A stretch of 64,000 bases of DNA from Candidatus Bathyarchaeota archaeon (GTDB lineage: Archaea > Thermoproteota > Bathyarchaeia > Bathyarchaeales > Bathycorpusculaceae). The position numbers were made by a program, and so were the translations under genes. This document shows, in pieces, positions 1-9,918 of the stretch (positions within the stretch are counted from its first letter, which is position 1; the number at the start of each line of letters is the position of its first letter). A model generated the notes under the pieces. It worked only from the letters and a program-made list of their open reading frames with translations, searched no databases and had not been told where the DNA came from. The stretch covers positions 960,001 through 1,024,000 of the forward strand of contig CAWGYA010000008.1 in NCBI GenBank assembly GCA_963826715.1, in the 5' to 3' direction.

Positions 1-42
1 GTTTGGGATCCCGAAGTCTAACTGTTCCCAGTTAGGTTGCAA
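1..42 (-). CDS. 5' end of a gene running off the window edge (MQPNWEQLDFGIPN...)
   Basis: TTG at 42-40 preceded by SD-like GGTGAGG; open to position 1; divergent from the 157 ORF. Confidence 0.35.
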   Translation of the reverse strand, partial: MQPNWEQLDFGIPN

Positions 43-156
43 AAATATGCCTCACCATTACCTACGTAAGAATTATAATTTAATCCTTTCTAAATCATCG
101 TAGAACAATTAACCCTTAAAAGGGGAAAGCTGCTTTTACTTAGTGAGGATAAGTTT

Positions 157-678
157 ATGGGTCACACAATGGCAACTTGGAGACTGCTAGAAGATATGAT
201 GCTTGCCCTCAAAAAAGCAGGCGTTTTGGTGCCCACAAAAACCATAGAGGATTTGCGGGCAGCCAAATCGATGATTAAACTTTCTTGTACCGACGGCTCT
301 CACGGTGACGCCATGCAGAAAGCTGAGGAACTCAATGCGAATGTTGAGGCTTATTTGGTGACGGAAGCCCAAAAAACCTTCGGTTCCCAACGAGTTGACG
401 AGTGGCTGAGGCAACTTGAGGAAGCTAATATGGAAGTATGCGAGGATCCAGAAGAAGTTGAATTTGTGATGGGTGTGCCTCGACACCAAAAATGGATTAG
501 AATAGAACCTATTGAAAATTTGACTGCAGAGAGGATAGAGCAACTTGCTAACGAGGCAAATCTTGAAATCATTCCGCAGAAGGATGGCAAACTTTTAGTT
601 CACGGTGAAAATAGTGAAGTTAAAAATTTCATTAAAAAAATGACTGTGGTGGCTAAAGAAAAAACAGCTGATTTTTAG
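157..678 (+). CDS. DUF2096-family archaeal conserved protein
   Basis: 173 aa; N-terminal W..LEDM...LKK.G..VP....EDLR.AK..I pattern recalled for DUF2096. Confidence 0.65.
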   Translation: MGHTMATWRLLEDMMLALKKAGVLVPTKTIEDLRAAKSMIKLSCTDGSHGDAMQKAEELNANVEAYLVTEAQKTFGSQRVDEWLRQLEEANMEVCEDPEEVEFVMGVPRHQKWIRIEPIENLTAERIEQLANEANLEIIPQKDGKLLVHGENSEVKNFIKKMTVVAKEKTADF

Positions 679-799
679 GTATAAACAGTACTTAAAAATG
701 ACTACTTTTAGAAATTTGAGTAATAGAAAATTATTTTTACGATGGTTGCATTATTTTTTAAGGTTATGAGTTTAGGGTTAGAATTTATAGGCAACGGAT

Positions 800-2092
800 T
801 TGCCTTTTTTTCGGAGGTACCGTCTTTTGAATCCAAACACGTCTGACAATAAATATCGGTCTGTATGGGTAAGTGCTGTACTTCCTTTTAACATTGCTTT
901 GGGACCTGCAGCTACTTTGGTGCAGTTACTAATTCTTCACCTCAACGGTAGTGTCGTAGAAGTTGGTTTAGCTTTAACCCTCTTTAACGCGGTTGGTATT
1001 CCAGCTGCTTTGTTTTGGGGGTTTGTAACTGACCGTTTTCAACAGCGACGTCCGCTAGTCCTGGCTAGTTTTTTGGTTACTCCTTTGCTTTTGTTGTTGT
1101 TTTTGGTTGCAAATACTGGCTACTGGATCTCTTTTCTATATGCTTTGTTTTCTTTTTTTATAACCGCTTCGACTACACCACTTAACCTGCTTGTTATGGA
1201 GAACGAACAGAAATCTAAATGGGCGTCTGCATTTGCAAAATTCTCAATGATCACCAGCATTGGGCAAACGATTGGTTTACTCTTGAGTATGATTTGGTTA
1301 TTCTATGTTCCCCTCGTATACTTAGTTGTCCCACTGGCGATTTTATCTTTGGTTTCAGCGTTTTTAGCTACTTTTCTGATCAAAGAACCTGCAGTACCTT
1401 TTGAGCGTCAGATATTAGTCATGCATAAACAAAGCTTCTTCAATAGACTTCGGTATTTGCCATACATATTCCTGAAAATCCCAGTTCGTCATGACTTTAA
1501 TCGTGTTTTCAGGAACATACGCCATGAACTTCTCAGGGCGACAGGTCTACTTTACATGGCTATCTTCGGTTTTTTCCTCTCTGCAGGTATCTTTAACACT
1601 TCATTGGTTCCAGCTTTGGATGCCAACGGATTATCAGAATTGTTGGTTTTTTCAGTCATTCTAGCAGGCTTGGTTATACAAATAATATCTTTTAGGTTTT
1701 CAGGCCCATATACCGAACGTAAATCACCTGTTAAAAGTGCCGTTTGGGGACTGTTACTCAGAGCTATAGGTTATGGATTGATTGGTGTGTTTGCTTATTT
1801 CCTAACAGGTTTTTGGTTTTTGCTTCCAGTTCTGCTTTTTTATCCGCTTTCTTCTGGAATTGCTTACTCTATTTACTACACTGCTTCAAACACCATGGTT
1901 TTCAACTCACTCAGCCCAGGCCGTAACGGTTCACATTTGGGTGTTTACAGTGCACTGGCTGGTTCCGCAACAATGCTGGGATCATTCTTTTCAGGATTTT
2001 TGTCATATTATTGGGGTTTCTATGCGACGTTTATTATTTCTGCTGTCTGTTTGTTGGTCTCAGCTTGGCTACTAACTCTCACTAATCGATAA
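800..2092 (+). CDS. MFS transporter
   Basis: 430 aa, about 12 hydrophobic segments, motif A-like WGFVTDRFQQRR. Confidence 0.85.
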   Translation: MPFFRRYRLLNPNTSDNKYRSVWVSAVLPFNIALGPAATLVQLLILHLNGSVVEVGLALTLFNAVGIPAALFWGFVTDRFQQRRPLVLASFLVTPLLLLLFLVANTGYWISFLYALFSFFITASTTPLNLLVMENEQKSKWASAFAKFSMITSIGQTIGLLLSMIWLFYVPLVYLVVPLAILSLVSAFLATFLIKEPAVPFERQILVMHKQSFFNRLRYLPYIFLKIPVRHDFNRVFRNIRHELLRATGLLYMAIFGFFLSAGIFNTSLVPALDANGLSELLVFSVILAGLVIQIISFRFSGPYTERKSPVKSAVWGLLLRAIGYGLIGVFAYFLTGFWFLLPVLLFYPLSSGIAYSIYYTASNTMVFNSLSPGRNGSHLGVYSALAGSATMLGSFFSGFLSYYWGFYATFIISAVCLLVSAWLLTLTNR

Positions 2093-2272
2093 CAAAAAAA
2101 CAAAGAGATTACAATTCACTTTATAGTGCCTAAATGATGTATACTATTTTGAATTTAAAATGTTTTCAATAGATTTTTTTTACTATTAATAGGGTCTTCA
2201 AACTTCACTCCACTATTTCCTCTTCGATACATTTTTACGTCTAGATCAATGAGCTAAGGTATGTGAGCCTAT

Positions 2273-3499
2273 ATGATTAGGAAGCTGTTGACGATCGAAG
2301 AAGCTAAACGCGTTATTGAAGCCAACTTTAGAGTTGATGCTTTGGAAGTGGAGGTTGCAGTATTGATGGAAGCTTACAATCGTGTGCTAGCTGAAGATAT
2401 AGTTGCAGACTTTGAAATTCCTTCATTTGATCTTTCCATTGTAGGTGGTTACGCTGTTAGGGCAGCCGATGTGTTTAGTGCGTCGGAGGATGTTCCTTTG
2501 ACGCTTAAAGTAGTAGATTATATAGCCACAGGTGAAATCCCTAAAACTTCATATGCGCCTGGTGACGTAGTTGAGGTTGCTGCTGGCGTCCTTCTTCCAG
2601 ACAGTACAGATGCTGTGGTTGCTTTCGAAAATGCAGAGCGGGACGATGACGCTGTTCACTTCTTTGGCTCGGTCGCTGCAGGTGAGAATGTGCGAAGGCA
2701 TGGTAGCGATATCCAAAAGGGCGCGGTTGTATTCAAAGAGGGGCAGGTTTTGGGTGCTGCCGAAATTGGTGTCCTCGCAGCTTTGGGTTTAGGACAGGTT
2801 AAGGTTAAAAAATTACCTATCATCGCGGTTTTTTCCATTGGTGAGGAAGTTAGTGAACTCGTAGAATCTTTGCCAGCAGGAAAAAACTTTGACGTTAGTG
2901 GTTTTTGTCTATGCACCGCGGTTATGGAGTGCGGAGGCAAACCATTCTATTTCGGAGTAGTTCCGGATGAATTAGTATCCTTGAGGAATGTTCTTGATGT
3001 GGTTTTGTCTTCGTCTGATATGATTTTAGTTTGTGGTGGTTTGAATGTGATTGAAGTTATGTCTTCTTCAGGTAAACCAGGTTTGATAGTGAATGGTGTT
3101 GCCGCTAAACCAGGAAAATCCTTCTCAGCGGCTTTTGTGGATAAAAAGCCGATTCTGTTGTTGCCAAATGAACCATCTGCAGCGTTGTTGATGTATCATT
3201 TGTTTGCTCGATCAATAGTTCAGCGGCTGGCGGGTCGCCCGGTTTCGGGTCTGCGATCAGTTGCTGCCTTTGCCAGTGCACATATGTTCAGTGCAAAGGG
3301 GAGTCGTACGTTTGCTTTAGTTAAATTGATGTTTGATGAGAAATGTCGTTTGATTGCTGAACCTATAAAATCAGAAGGTTCTGTTTCCACGTTGATTGAT
3401 ACAGATGGGTTTGTTGAGATTGCTGAAAATGAAGCATATGTAAATATAGATCAACAAGTTACGGTGCAACTTTTTCGTGGGTACGCTGGTAGAACTTAA
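2273..3499 (+). CDS. moeA: MoeA-family molybdopterin molybdotransferase homolog, divergent
   Basis: RVLAEDI, GYAVRAAD, GENVRRHGSDI, KPGK, DGFVEI motifs; several conserved residues altered. Confidence 0.8.
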   Translation: MIRKLLTIEEAKRVIEANFRVDALEVEVAVLMEAYNRVLAEDIVADFEIPSFDLSIVGGYAVRAADVFSASEDVPLTLKVVDYIATGEIPKTSYAPGDVVEVAAGVLLPDSTDAVVAFENAERDDDAVHFFGSVAAGENVRRHGSDIQKGAVVFKEGQVLGAAEIGVLAALGLGQVKVKKLPIIAVFSIGEEVSELVESLPAGKNFDVSGFCLCTAVMECGGKPFYFGVVPDELVSLRNVLDVVLSSSDMILVCGGLNVIEVMSSSGKPGLIVNGVAAKPGKSFSAAFVDKKPILLLPNEPSAALLMYHLFARSIVQRLAGRPVSGLRSVAAFASAHMFSAKGSRTFALVKLMFDEKCRLIAEPIKSEGSVSTLIDTDGFVEIAENEAYVNIDQQVTVQLFRGYAGRT

Positions 3500-3840
3500 A
3501 GGTCTTTTTTCAGTGCCGCATAATAAGTGAATATCCAGGTGAGTAGTGCGTAGCTAACCATGCTTATAGCAACGATGATGTTGCTGAAGCCCACTGCGTA
3601 TAGGGTATACAAGGAAAAAACGGTGTTTGTTACTAGCAGAACAAAAATTAACCAAGGTGCCCAAGGGCGTTTTCGCAACAGACTATAGGCTACGATTAGG
3701 CTAAATATGCCTATAAAGCCCAGATGCGGCGGATAACCCGACAGCGGCAGAAACGATAGTAATAATGCGCCCGTGACCGCATAAAAGATGGCGGCTAAGA
3801 ACTGGGCTTGGTTGTGGTTTTTAAGATAAGCCTGTAACAA
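3496..3840 (-). CDS. small 4-TM hypothetical membrane protein
   Basis: 114 aa hydrophobic ORF convergent with moeA. Confidence 0.65.
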   Translation of the reverse strand: MLQAYLKNHNQAQFLAAIFYAVTGALLLSFLPLSGYPPHLGFIGIFSLIVAYSLLRKRPWAPWLIFVLLVTNTVFSLYTLYAVGFSNIIVAISMVSYALLTWIFTYYAALKKDL

Positions 3841-4085
3841 TATGCTTCTGCCTACCTTTATGCTGGGTGGGCTAAATTTATAAGTTTAATGTATGTTCGA
3901 TTTAGAATCAATTTGTTTGGATTTCCAGTTCTAGATGCTTTTTGGAGCACGGGCGGTAGAGTTTGTTCTTATTGAGTTTCTGTGTTCCCAAGCTGAGATA
4001 TCCGTGGAAATGCTATTTTCTTGCACAATTGATATTTATAGCCAGATAAAGCATACTCAGATGTTCTTAGAAGGGCGAGGGCATT

Positions 4086-4751
4086 ATGAGCTGTGTAGGA
4101 CCAATTCTAGCAACACTAAAGGAAACGTTGCCTATGCCTACCCTCGTTAAAGATAACCAAGATCCATTTGAGACGCTAATTGTAACAATTATTTCGCAGA
4201 ACACAGCAGACATTAACACCGAACGTGCTTTTGGCAACCTGAAGGGCCGCTTTGAAATCTCGCCCTTAGGTTTGGCATATGTGGGGTTAGGTGAAATCGA
4301 AGAATGCCTTCATATTGGTGGACTTTACAGGAGTAAGGCTAAAGTCATCCAGAATGTGTCTAAAATTGTCTTGAAGAAATTCGGAGGAGACCTTAAATCC
4401 ATCCTTAACCTGCCTTTAGAAGAGGCACGGAAAACCTTCATGTCAATGCCTGGAATAGGTCCTAAAACCGCAGATGTTGTGCTGCTATTTGCTGCTGGTA
4501 AATCCACATTACCGGTGGATACGCATGTTAACAGAGTTTCCAAACGCATGGGACTTGCACCAGCAAACGGCGATTATGAGGTGGTGAGGCAGAGTCTGCA
4601 GTCTCTTTTTGAACCAAAAGATTTCCTATCAGTACATCTATTACTGATTGCTCTTGGAAGGAAGGTCTGTAAAGCCCAAAAGCCTCTTTGTTGTATCTGC
4701 CCAGTAAAAGCCTATTGCCCCTCGAAGGTTTCGGAGGAAAATTATGAGTAA
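4086..4751 (+). CDS. nth: Endonuclease III (HhH-GPD DNA glycosylase with 4Fe-4S)
   Basis: MPGIGPKTA HhH, PVDTHVNRV, C-x6-C-x2-C-x5-C cluster motif. Confidence 0.92.
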   Translation: MSCVGPILATLKETLPMPTLVKDNQDPFETLIVTIISQNTADINTERAFGNLKGRFEISPLGLAYVGLGEIEECLHIGGLYRSKAKVIQNVSKIVLKKFGGDLKSILNLPLEEARKTFMSMPGIGPKTADVVLLFAAGKSTLPVDTHVNRVSKRMGLAPANGDYEVVRQSLQSLFEPKDFLSVHLLLIALGRKVCKAQKPLCCICPVKAYCPSKVSEENYE

Positions 4752-6672
4752 ACTTCCTGTTGAAGTTGCTGAGTACTTTCCTTACGGAAGTGTGCGTCCG
4801 CACCAAGATGACTTCATAGCAACCGTTAACCAGGCTGTCAACGATCGCAAGAGTGTACTCATTGAGGGCACTAACGGGTTAGGTAAAACCATATCCTCTC
4901 TCTCCGCTGTGTTGCCGATTGCCGTTAAGAAAAACCTAAAAATTCTTTACGTCGCTCGTACTCACCGGCAGCATGACCGCGTTATCGAGGAGCTTCGGGC
5001 TGTGTATAAGCGTCGCCCAGTTACAGGCGTCTCAATCCGAGGCAGAAACGAGATGTGCCTTAATGTTTTTGCTGCCAATGGAGCATTCGATTCAAAATCT
5101 TTAATGGAAGTCTGCGAGCTTCTCAAAGCCAAAGGTCGGTGTCCTTTTTACGTCAACGTGGAAGAACGTACCTACGATTATCTGCAACTTCAGAAGCAAA
5201 TCGCCAGCCGCCCCTACATGGGCTCAGAAATCCTCAAGGTATGTACAAAAAAAGAACTCTGTGCTTACGAACTGGTGAAGGGCGCAGTTTCTGATGCAAG
5301 GGTTATTGCACTGAGCTACCTTTACATGTTCGATCCCCAAATTCGTACACCTTTTCTCAAAAACCTGGAAACAGACCTCTCAAAAATTATTCTAGTGGTG
5401 GATGAGGCGCATAATCTGCCTGAAACAGCTATAGACATTTCCAGCAACCAACTGACACTATTCGTGCTAAAGGCAGCCGAGATGGAAGCGGAAAAATTCG
5501 GCTACAAAGACATTGAGCAATTCACACACTTCTTCCGTCTCGAAGTGGATAAGCTCACAGATAGAATCAGCAAAGAAGAAATCATCCCGCCTAGCCACAT
5601 TATCGAAATCGTGGAGAAGCAGGGCAATATCTCAAAGCCCCGTGAGTTCTTTGAACATATTCATGAAGCAGGTATGGCAATCAAAAAGGCATTGCTTGCT
5701 GAGGGCAAAAATCCCCGTTCTTACGTCAACTCACTTGGAGAGTTTCTACAAAAATGGTTAGATACTATTGGCGATGACGCCTACATTAATGTGGCTAGCA
5801 AATACTTCAATAAAGACAATAACAAAACGGCTAAACTTGAAATTGTAGCGCTTGATCCCGCTAAAATCACTGAACCCGTTTTTTCTGCAACCTACGCTAA
5901 CGTGATTATGTCGGGAACGCTACAGCCGCTTGAAGCTTTCGCACGAATCACTAAGCTGCCTCCAAATACAGTGCATTTCCTAGCATCCTCCCCGTTTCCA
6001 CAGGAGCACGTTTTCTCGGCGGTATGTATGGGTGTGACTACCTCGATGGAGAAGCGAACGCCAAAGATGTACCAAAACATGATTGATCGCATAAACGAAG
6101 TTGTCAATAGTACCCCCACTAATACCGGCATCTTCGCTGCGTCTTTTCAAGTTCTAAACTCCCTTCTTTCCGAGGGTTTAGAGAATCAACTACTAAAACC
6201 ATTGTTTTACGAAAAAAGTGGTATGACTTCCAAATCCAACGAGAAACTGGTGGGGGAGTTCAAAGCTTGTGGTGACCGGGGCGGAGCAGTTTTTTTGGGT
6301 GTTCAGGGCGGACGGACTTCGGAGGGTGTAGATTTTCCCGGAAACCAAATGAATTCAGTGGTAGTTGTCGGGGTGCCATATGCAGAGCCAACTCCAAGGG
6401 TGAAAGCACAAATTGAATATTACGAGAAACATTTTCCGGGGCATGGCCGAGAATATGGATACATTTTGCCCGCTATGAAAAAAGCCTCACAGGCGGCCGG
6501 CAGACCTATTCGGACGCTTGACGATAAAGGAGCCATTGTCTTTTTGGATTATCGTTTCGGCAGCGCTTACTGCAAAAGCTTTTTGCCTTCATGGATAACC
6601 ACCGGCATGAAAACTATAATAGATAAACCTGGCCTTTTGGCAGAGGACGTTCGTAGGTTCTTTACTGGTTAA
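4744..6672 (+). CDS. xpd: XPD/Rad3-family Fe-S DNA helicase
   Basis: Q motif RPHQ, GTNGLGKT, Fe-S cysteines, VVDEAHN, SGTL, SEGVDF, QAAGRPIR. Confidence 0.88.
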   Translation: MSKLPVEVAEYFPYGSVRPHQDDFIATVNQAVNDRKSVLIEGTNGLGKTISSLSAVLPIAVKKNLKILYVARTHRQHDRVIEELRAVYKRRPVTGVSIRGRNEMCLNVFAANGAFDSKSLMEVCELLKAKGRCPFYVNVEERTYDYLQLQKQIASRPYMGSEILKVCTKKELCAYELVKGAVSDARVIALSYLYMFDPQIRTPFLKNLETDLSKIILVVDEAHNLPETAIDISSNQLTLFVLKAAEMEAEKFGYKDIEQFTHFFRLEVDKLTDRISKEEIIPPSHIIEIVEKQGNISKPREFFEHIHEAGMAIKKALLAEGKNPRSYVNSLGEFLQKWLDTIGDDAYINVASKYFNKDNNKTAKLEIVALDPAKITEPVFSATYANVIMSGTLQPLEAFARITKLPPNTVHFLASSPFPQEHVFSAVCMGVTTSMEKRTPKMYQNMIDRINEVVNSTPTNTGIFAASFQVLNSLLSEGLENQLLKPLFYEKSGMTSKSNEKLVGEFKACGDRGGAVFLGVQGGRTSEGVDFPGNQMNSVVVVGVPYAEPTPRVKAQIEYYEKHFPGHGREYGYILPAMKKASQAAGRPIRTLDDKGAIVFLDYRFGSAYCKSFLPSWITTGMKTIIDKPGLLAEDVRRFFTG

Positions 6673-7754
6673 TCCTCAAGTTCCTGGAGTTTACGGTTTA
6701 ATAGTACCTTTCCAAAAACAACTCGTTGAGGCGTGGTTGTGATCGCAGTTTGTATCTTTAGCACGTGTCTACTAACGTTGACCGCCCGAAGGATACCGAT
6801 TCCCAGAAACTTTGTTCTATGCCCATATAAACCAACTAGAACACCTTTTTCGGGTTCCTGTTTCTTTGGTACTGCGTTTCTTGGCTCCACCTTTATTTGG
6901 CTAAGCGGATAACATTGAATTTTGGCGTTTTTTAGGTAGCGCGTGTATGTCATTTCACGTAGGACCTTACGTTTTTCTGGAGTCCGCATGTTCAAAGCAT
7001 CGGAGGACTTAACTAACATTATCGGTTGAGTAAGCTTTGCCCTTAAAGGTTCCAGTTCATTTTGAACCTGAATACCCACCACCAAATCAGGTTTCAGAAC
7101 CTCGATTAACGCAATTTTATAATCAACGGCGTCTTCGTTGCTGATCCAACCGTCTGTATTAATTAAAATATAATCAGCCTGCCGCTGGCAAATCTCCGTT
7201 AGTATCGATTTTAATCCCTCGATGATTTTGGAAGTAGCCGAAACAGGCGAAATGACCCCGAGGAAGTAGCCATTTTGAAGTTTTAAACGATAGAGCTCAG
7301 TAATCTGCTTAGATGCGATGCCATACCCAACGCTCGCGGATGGACCGATGTCGGATTGTCCAAAGTCGCCATCCAATACTGCCACTCTGCCTTTGTTTTC
7401 TATGAGTTTGTTGAAGAGGTAAGTGCAGAAACTGCTTTTTCCTGAATCAGAAGTGCCAATAACCATGATGATAGTAGGTTTTTTCTCTGTTTCTCGCAAG
7501 ACTTGGATGGGATGATTCCATGATTCGGGGATGGTGTTTCCTTCAAACTCCTTCATGGTTGCGTTTGCGCCCAGCATCACTTCCACTTCTGAAGTTTCTA
7601 TCGCATGAAAGGCCATCCTTTTTCCGGTGCGGACAACCACAAGCTGGGCTTCTTTGATGGGGTAACCAAAAACTTCAGTTTTTCCAGAAACTAGGCAAAC
7701 TGATGCTGGACCATCGACTAGCAGAGTTCTATTTGGTTGAATGGTTTGCCTCAA
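6669..7754 (-). CDS. Clp1/Grc3-Nol9 family polynucleotide 5'-kinase
   Basis: GTSDSGKS Walker A, DGDFGQSDIGP, INTDGWI, R-x3-R lid (KRKVLRE). Confidence 0.88.
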   Translation of the reverse strand: MRQTIQPNRTLLVDGPASVCLVSGKTEVFGYPIKEAQLVVVRTGKRMAFHAIETSEVEVMLGANATMKEFEGNTIPESWNHPIQVLRETEKKPTIIMVIGTSDSGKSSFCTYLFNKLIENKGRVAVLDGDFGQSDIGPSASVGYGIASKQITELYRLKLQNGYFLGVISPVSATSKIIEGLKSILTEICQRQADYILINTDGWISNEDAVDYKIALIEVLKPDLVVGIQVQNELEPLRAKLTQPIMLVKSSDALNMRTPEKRKVLREMTYTRYLKNAKIQCYPLSQIKVEPRNAVPKKQEPEKGVLVGLYGHRTKFLGIGILRAVNVSRHVLKIQTAITTTPQRVVFGKVLLNRKLQELED

Positions 7755-8014
7755 GGTCTTTTATCCTCGTCACTTTGATTCCTGTTCTCTCAGCAATACG
7801 GGTAGCAGAAGATATATGTCTAATCTTTCTGGGGTGCCTCATTGCTTCGTATGAGGTCGTTGGGTCCCTGATTTCTACACCGCCACTCCTGTATGTGAAA
7901 GTAGGTTATACCATTCGCTGCTGCAATGGCAATTTTTCTTTCATAAAACAATCCTTAATGTTTAAGTGCAAAACAGATATTTTATTTTCAAGCTAATAAT
8001 GTAGACGTGAAAGC

Positions 8015-8713
8015 ATGACGCAAACTTCCACTGGCATTGAATGCATCGATAATAGCATCGGAGGAGGTATCTCACCCCAAACAATTACTTTGATTTATGG
8101 GGAACCTGAAACTGGAAAATCTACTCTATCAATACAATGTGCTGCCCACTTCGCCGAGAGAAATTGTAAGGTGCTCTATTTAGACTGTGACAATACATTT
8201 TCAGCAAAGCGGCTTTCGCAACTAGTTAACGACCAATTCGACTTTATTGCCGAACGGATTATGCTAGTTAAACCCAGAGATTTTCGAGAACAAACTGCTG
8301 TGATTGATCGAATAGAAGATTACACCTTCAACGTGGGTTTAATCGTGATTGATACTTTTACCTCGCTCTATAGTGCCCAAGCCGCTTGTTACTCTAAAGC
8401 GTACAGTGTAAATCGAGAGTTAAACAGGCAACTTGCTATCTTGGCACAAACCGTGAAAACCCGAAAAATCCCGCTTATCTTAACCAGCCAAGTCCGTAGC
8501 ATCGTAACTGAGGAAAATTCAAATGTGAGACCTGTGGCAACTCGGGTTCTCAAATTCTGGGCGGACACAATTATCGCGCTTAAACCTACTGAATATCCTC
8601 AAATAGTTAAAGCAACAGTTGAAAAATCACCCCAACTCATTTCTCAAACTGTGTGCTACATACAAATAGGACAATCGGGAATAAATGAAACACAATTCCC
8701 CAAGTATGGTTGA
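8015..8713 (+). CDS. radB: RadB-like RecA-family protein
   Basis: GEPETGKST Walker A, LIVIDT Walker B, no RadA N-terminal domain, 232 aa. Confidence 0.75.
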   Translation: MTQTSTGIECIDNSIGGGISPQTITLIYGEPETGKSTLSIQCAAHFAERNCKVLYLDCDNTFSAKRLSQLVNDQFDFIAERIMLVKPRDFREQTAVIDRIEDYTFNVGLIVIDTFTSLYSAQAACYSKAYSVNRELNRQLAILAQTVKTRKIPLILTSQVRSIVTEENSNVRPVATRVLKFWADTIIALKPTEYPQIVKATVEKSPQLISQTVCYIQIGQSGINETQFPKYG

Positions 8714-8719
8714 ACCTAA

Positions 8720-9238
8720 ATGGATATTGCCCTAATAGTAATTGAAGCCTTAAAATTCATTTTTCCTGCTTATTGTGCCAATGGAACCCCTGTATTGGCT
8801 GGTGGCGGTACCAAGATGGATTTCGGTAGAAACTTCATTGACGGCAGGAGAATTTTTGGCAATAACAAAACTTTCCGCGGTTTCTTCTTCGGTTGGGCAG
8901 TCGGCATCATGGTTGGTTTAATGGAAGGAATTGTTTTCGGCTTCGACAATTTTCCAATATGGTTTAGTGTGCTTATTCCATTGGGTGCATTGTTAGGTGA
9001 TTTAACGGGGGCTTTCATCAAGAGACGACTGGATATTGCTCCTGGAGGTTTGCTGCCGATTGTAGATCAGATTGATTTTGTGGTGGGCGCAGTTGTGTTT
9101 GCGTTGCCCCTGGCTTTAATTAGCTGGGTAGGTTTACGTTGGGAGATAGTGGTGACAGTTCTGCTGATAACTCCACCAATTCATTTATTTACAAATTTTA
9201 TAGCGTACAAACTTAAACTGAAAAAGAACCCTTGGTAA
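8720..9238 (+). CDS. carS: CDP-archaeol synthase
   Basis: PAYCANGTPV, DGRRIFGNNKT.RG, GDLTGAFIKRRL, DQIDF, C-terminal LKLKKNPW. Confidence 0.92.
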   Translation: MDIALIVIEALKFIFPAYCANGTPVLAGGGTKMDFGRNFIDGRRIFGNNKTFRGFFFGWAVGIMVGLMEGIVFGFDNFPIWFSVLIPLGALLGDLTGAFIKRRLDIAPGGLLPIVDQIDFVVGAVVFALPLALISWVGLRWEIVVTVLLITPPIHLFTNFIAYKLKLKKNPW

Positions 9239-9274
9239 AAAAATAATTAATTTTTTTTAATAGAAAAAACCCTT

Positions 9275-9703
9275 TTATCCGCCCTTTACTTGGATCGAAC
9301 CTTCAAGGAATATGTAAGCCAGAAGCAGGAAAGTGATACCAATTACCAGTAGCATATAGGCTTGCCGTGGCTTGGTCACGTTTTTACTGCTCTGATATAA
9401 TGCTAGCAATCCCATAAAACCCAAGAAGTAGAGCGTTATAGAGATGAGCGTGTCGGCAATGAACTGACTGCTCAAGTCGGGGTAAAGGAAGAAGAATTGC
9501 CCTGTGTTAGGGTTATAACCTGAGGGTTGAATAGTTCTATAGTTAATAAGATCAAAGAGACCTCCGCCGAAAAGAAATATAGCATAGGAAACACCCACGA
9601 TCGTAATGATGGTTGCCGCAGGTGCATTGGATGAGAATTTGCGGACCCATCGGCTTAGCGAGAACGACATGCTTTCCGAGGTTTTTTTTATTTTTCCAGA
9701 CAT
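9275..9703 (-). CDS. OSTC/DC2 (OST3/OST6-family)-like 3-TM membrane protein
   Basis: SY..FL.GG..FD.I, FL.....QF, LY.LG..G, LL.IG...LL.Y...K pattern parallels human OSTC recalled from memory. Confidence 0.65.
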   Translation of the reverse strand: [142 protein letters not shown]

Positions 9704-9918
9704 GGTTGCTTCTCTTCCTCAAATAGGCACTTTGATACTTCTTTAGCCCATACTCCAGTTAATGAATTTTTCTGAATACTCAATAGATACTCCATCCAAG
9801 ATAAACCCGACGCCCTATTCCAAACCGCAAATTTCTCCACCACATTACGGTAAGCCGCTAAATGCAGAGTGCAAAACCCTTCTGCTTGGGCTTCTCGGCT
9901 ACAAATTCTACACTTCAT
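9688..9918 (-). CDS. small zinc-finger protein (CxxC...CxxH), coupled to topA
   Basis: ATG at 9918 gives 76 aa MKCRICSREAQAEGFCTLH...; overlaps the topA stop and the next start. Confidence 0.75.
   Translation of the reverse strand: MKCRICSREAQAEGFCTLHLAAYRNVVEKFAVWNRASGLSWMEYLLSIQKNSLTGVWAKEVSKCLFEEEKQPCLEK

Noticed and set aside
4744-6672. CasDinG or defence helicase
   Set aside because: Coupled to nth in a housekeeping context with XPD-like motifs; no cas genes nearby.
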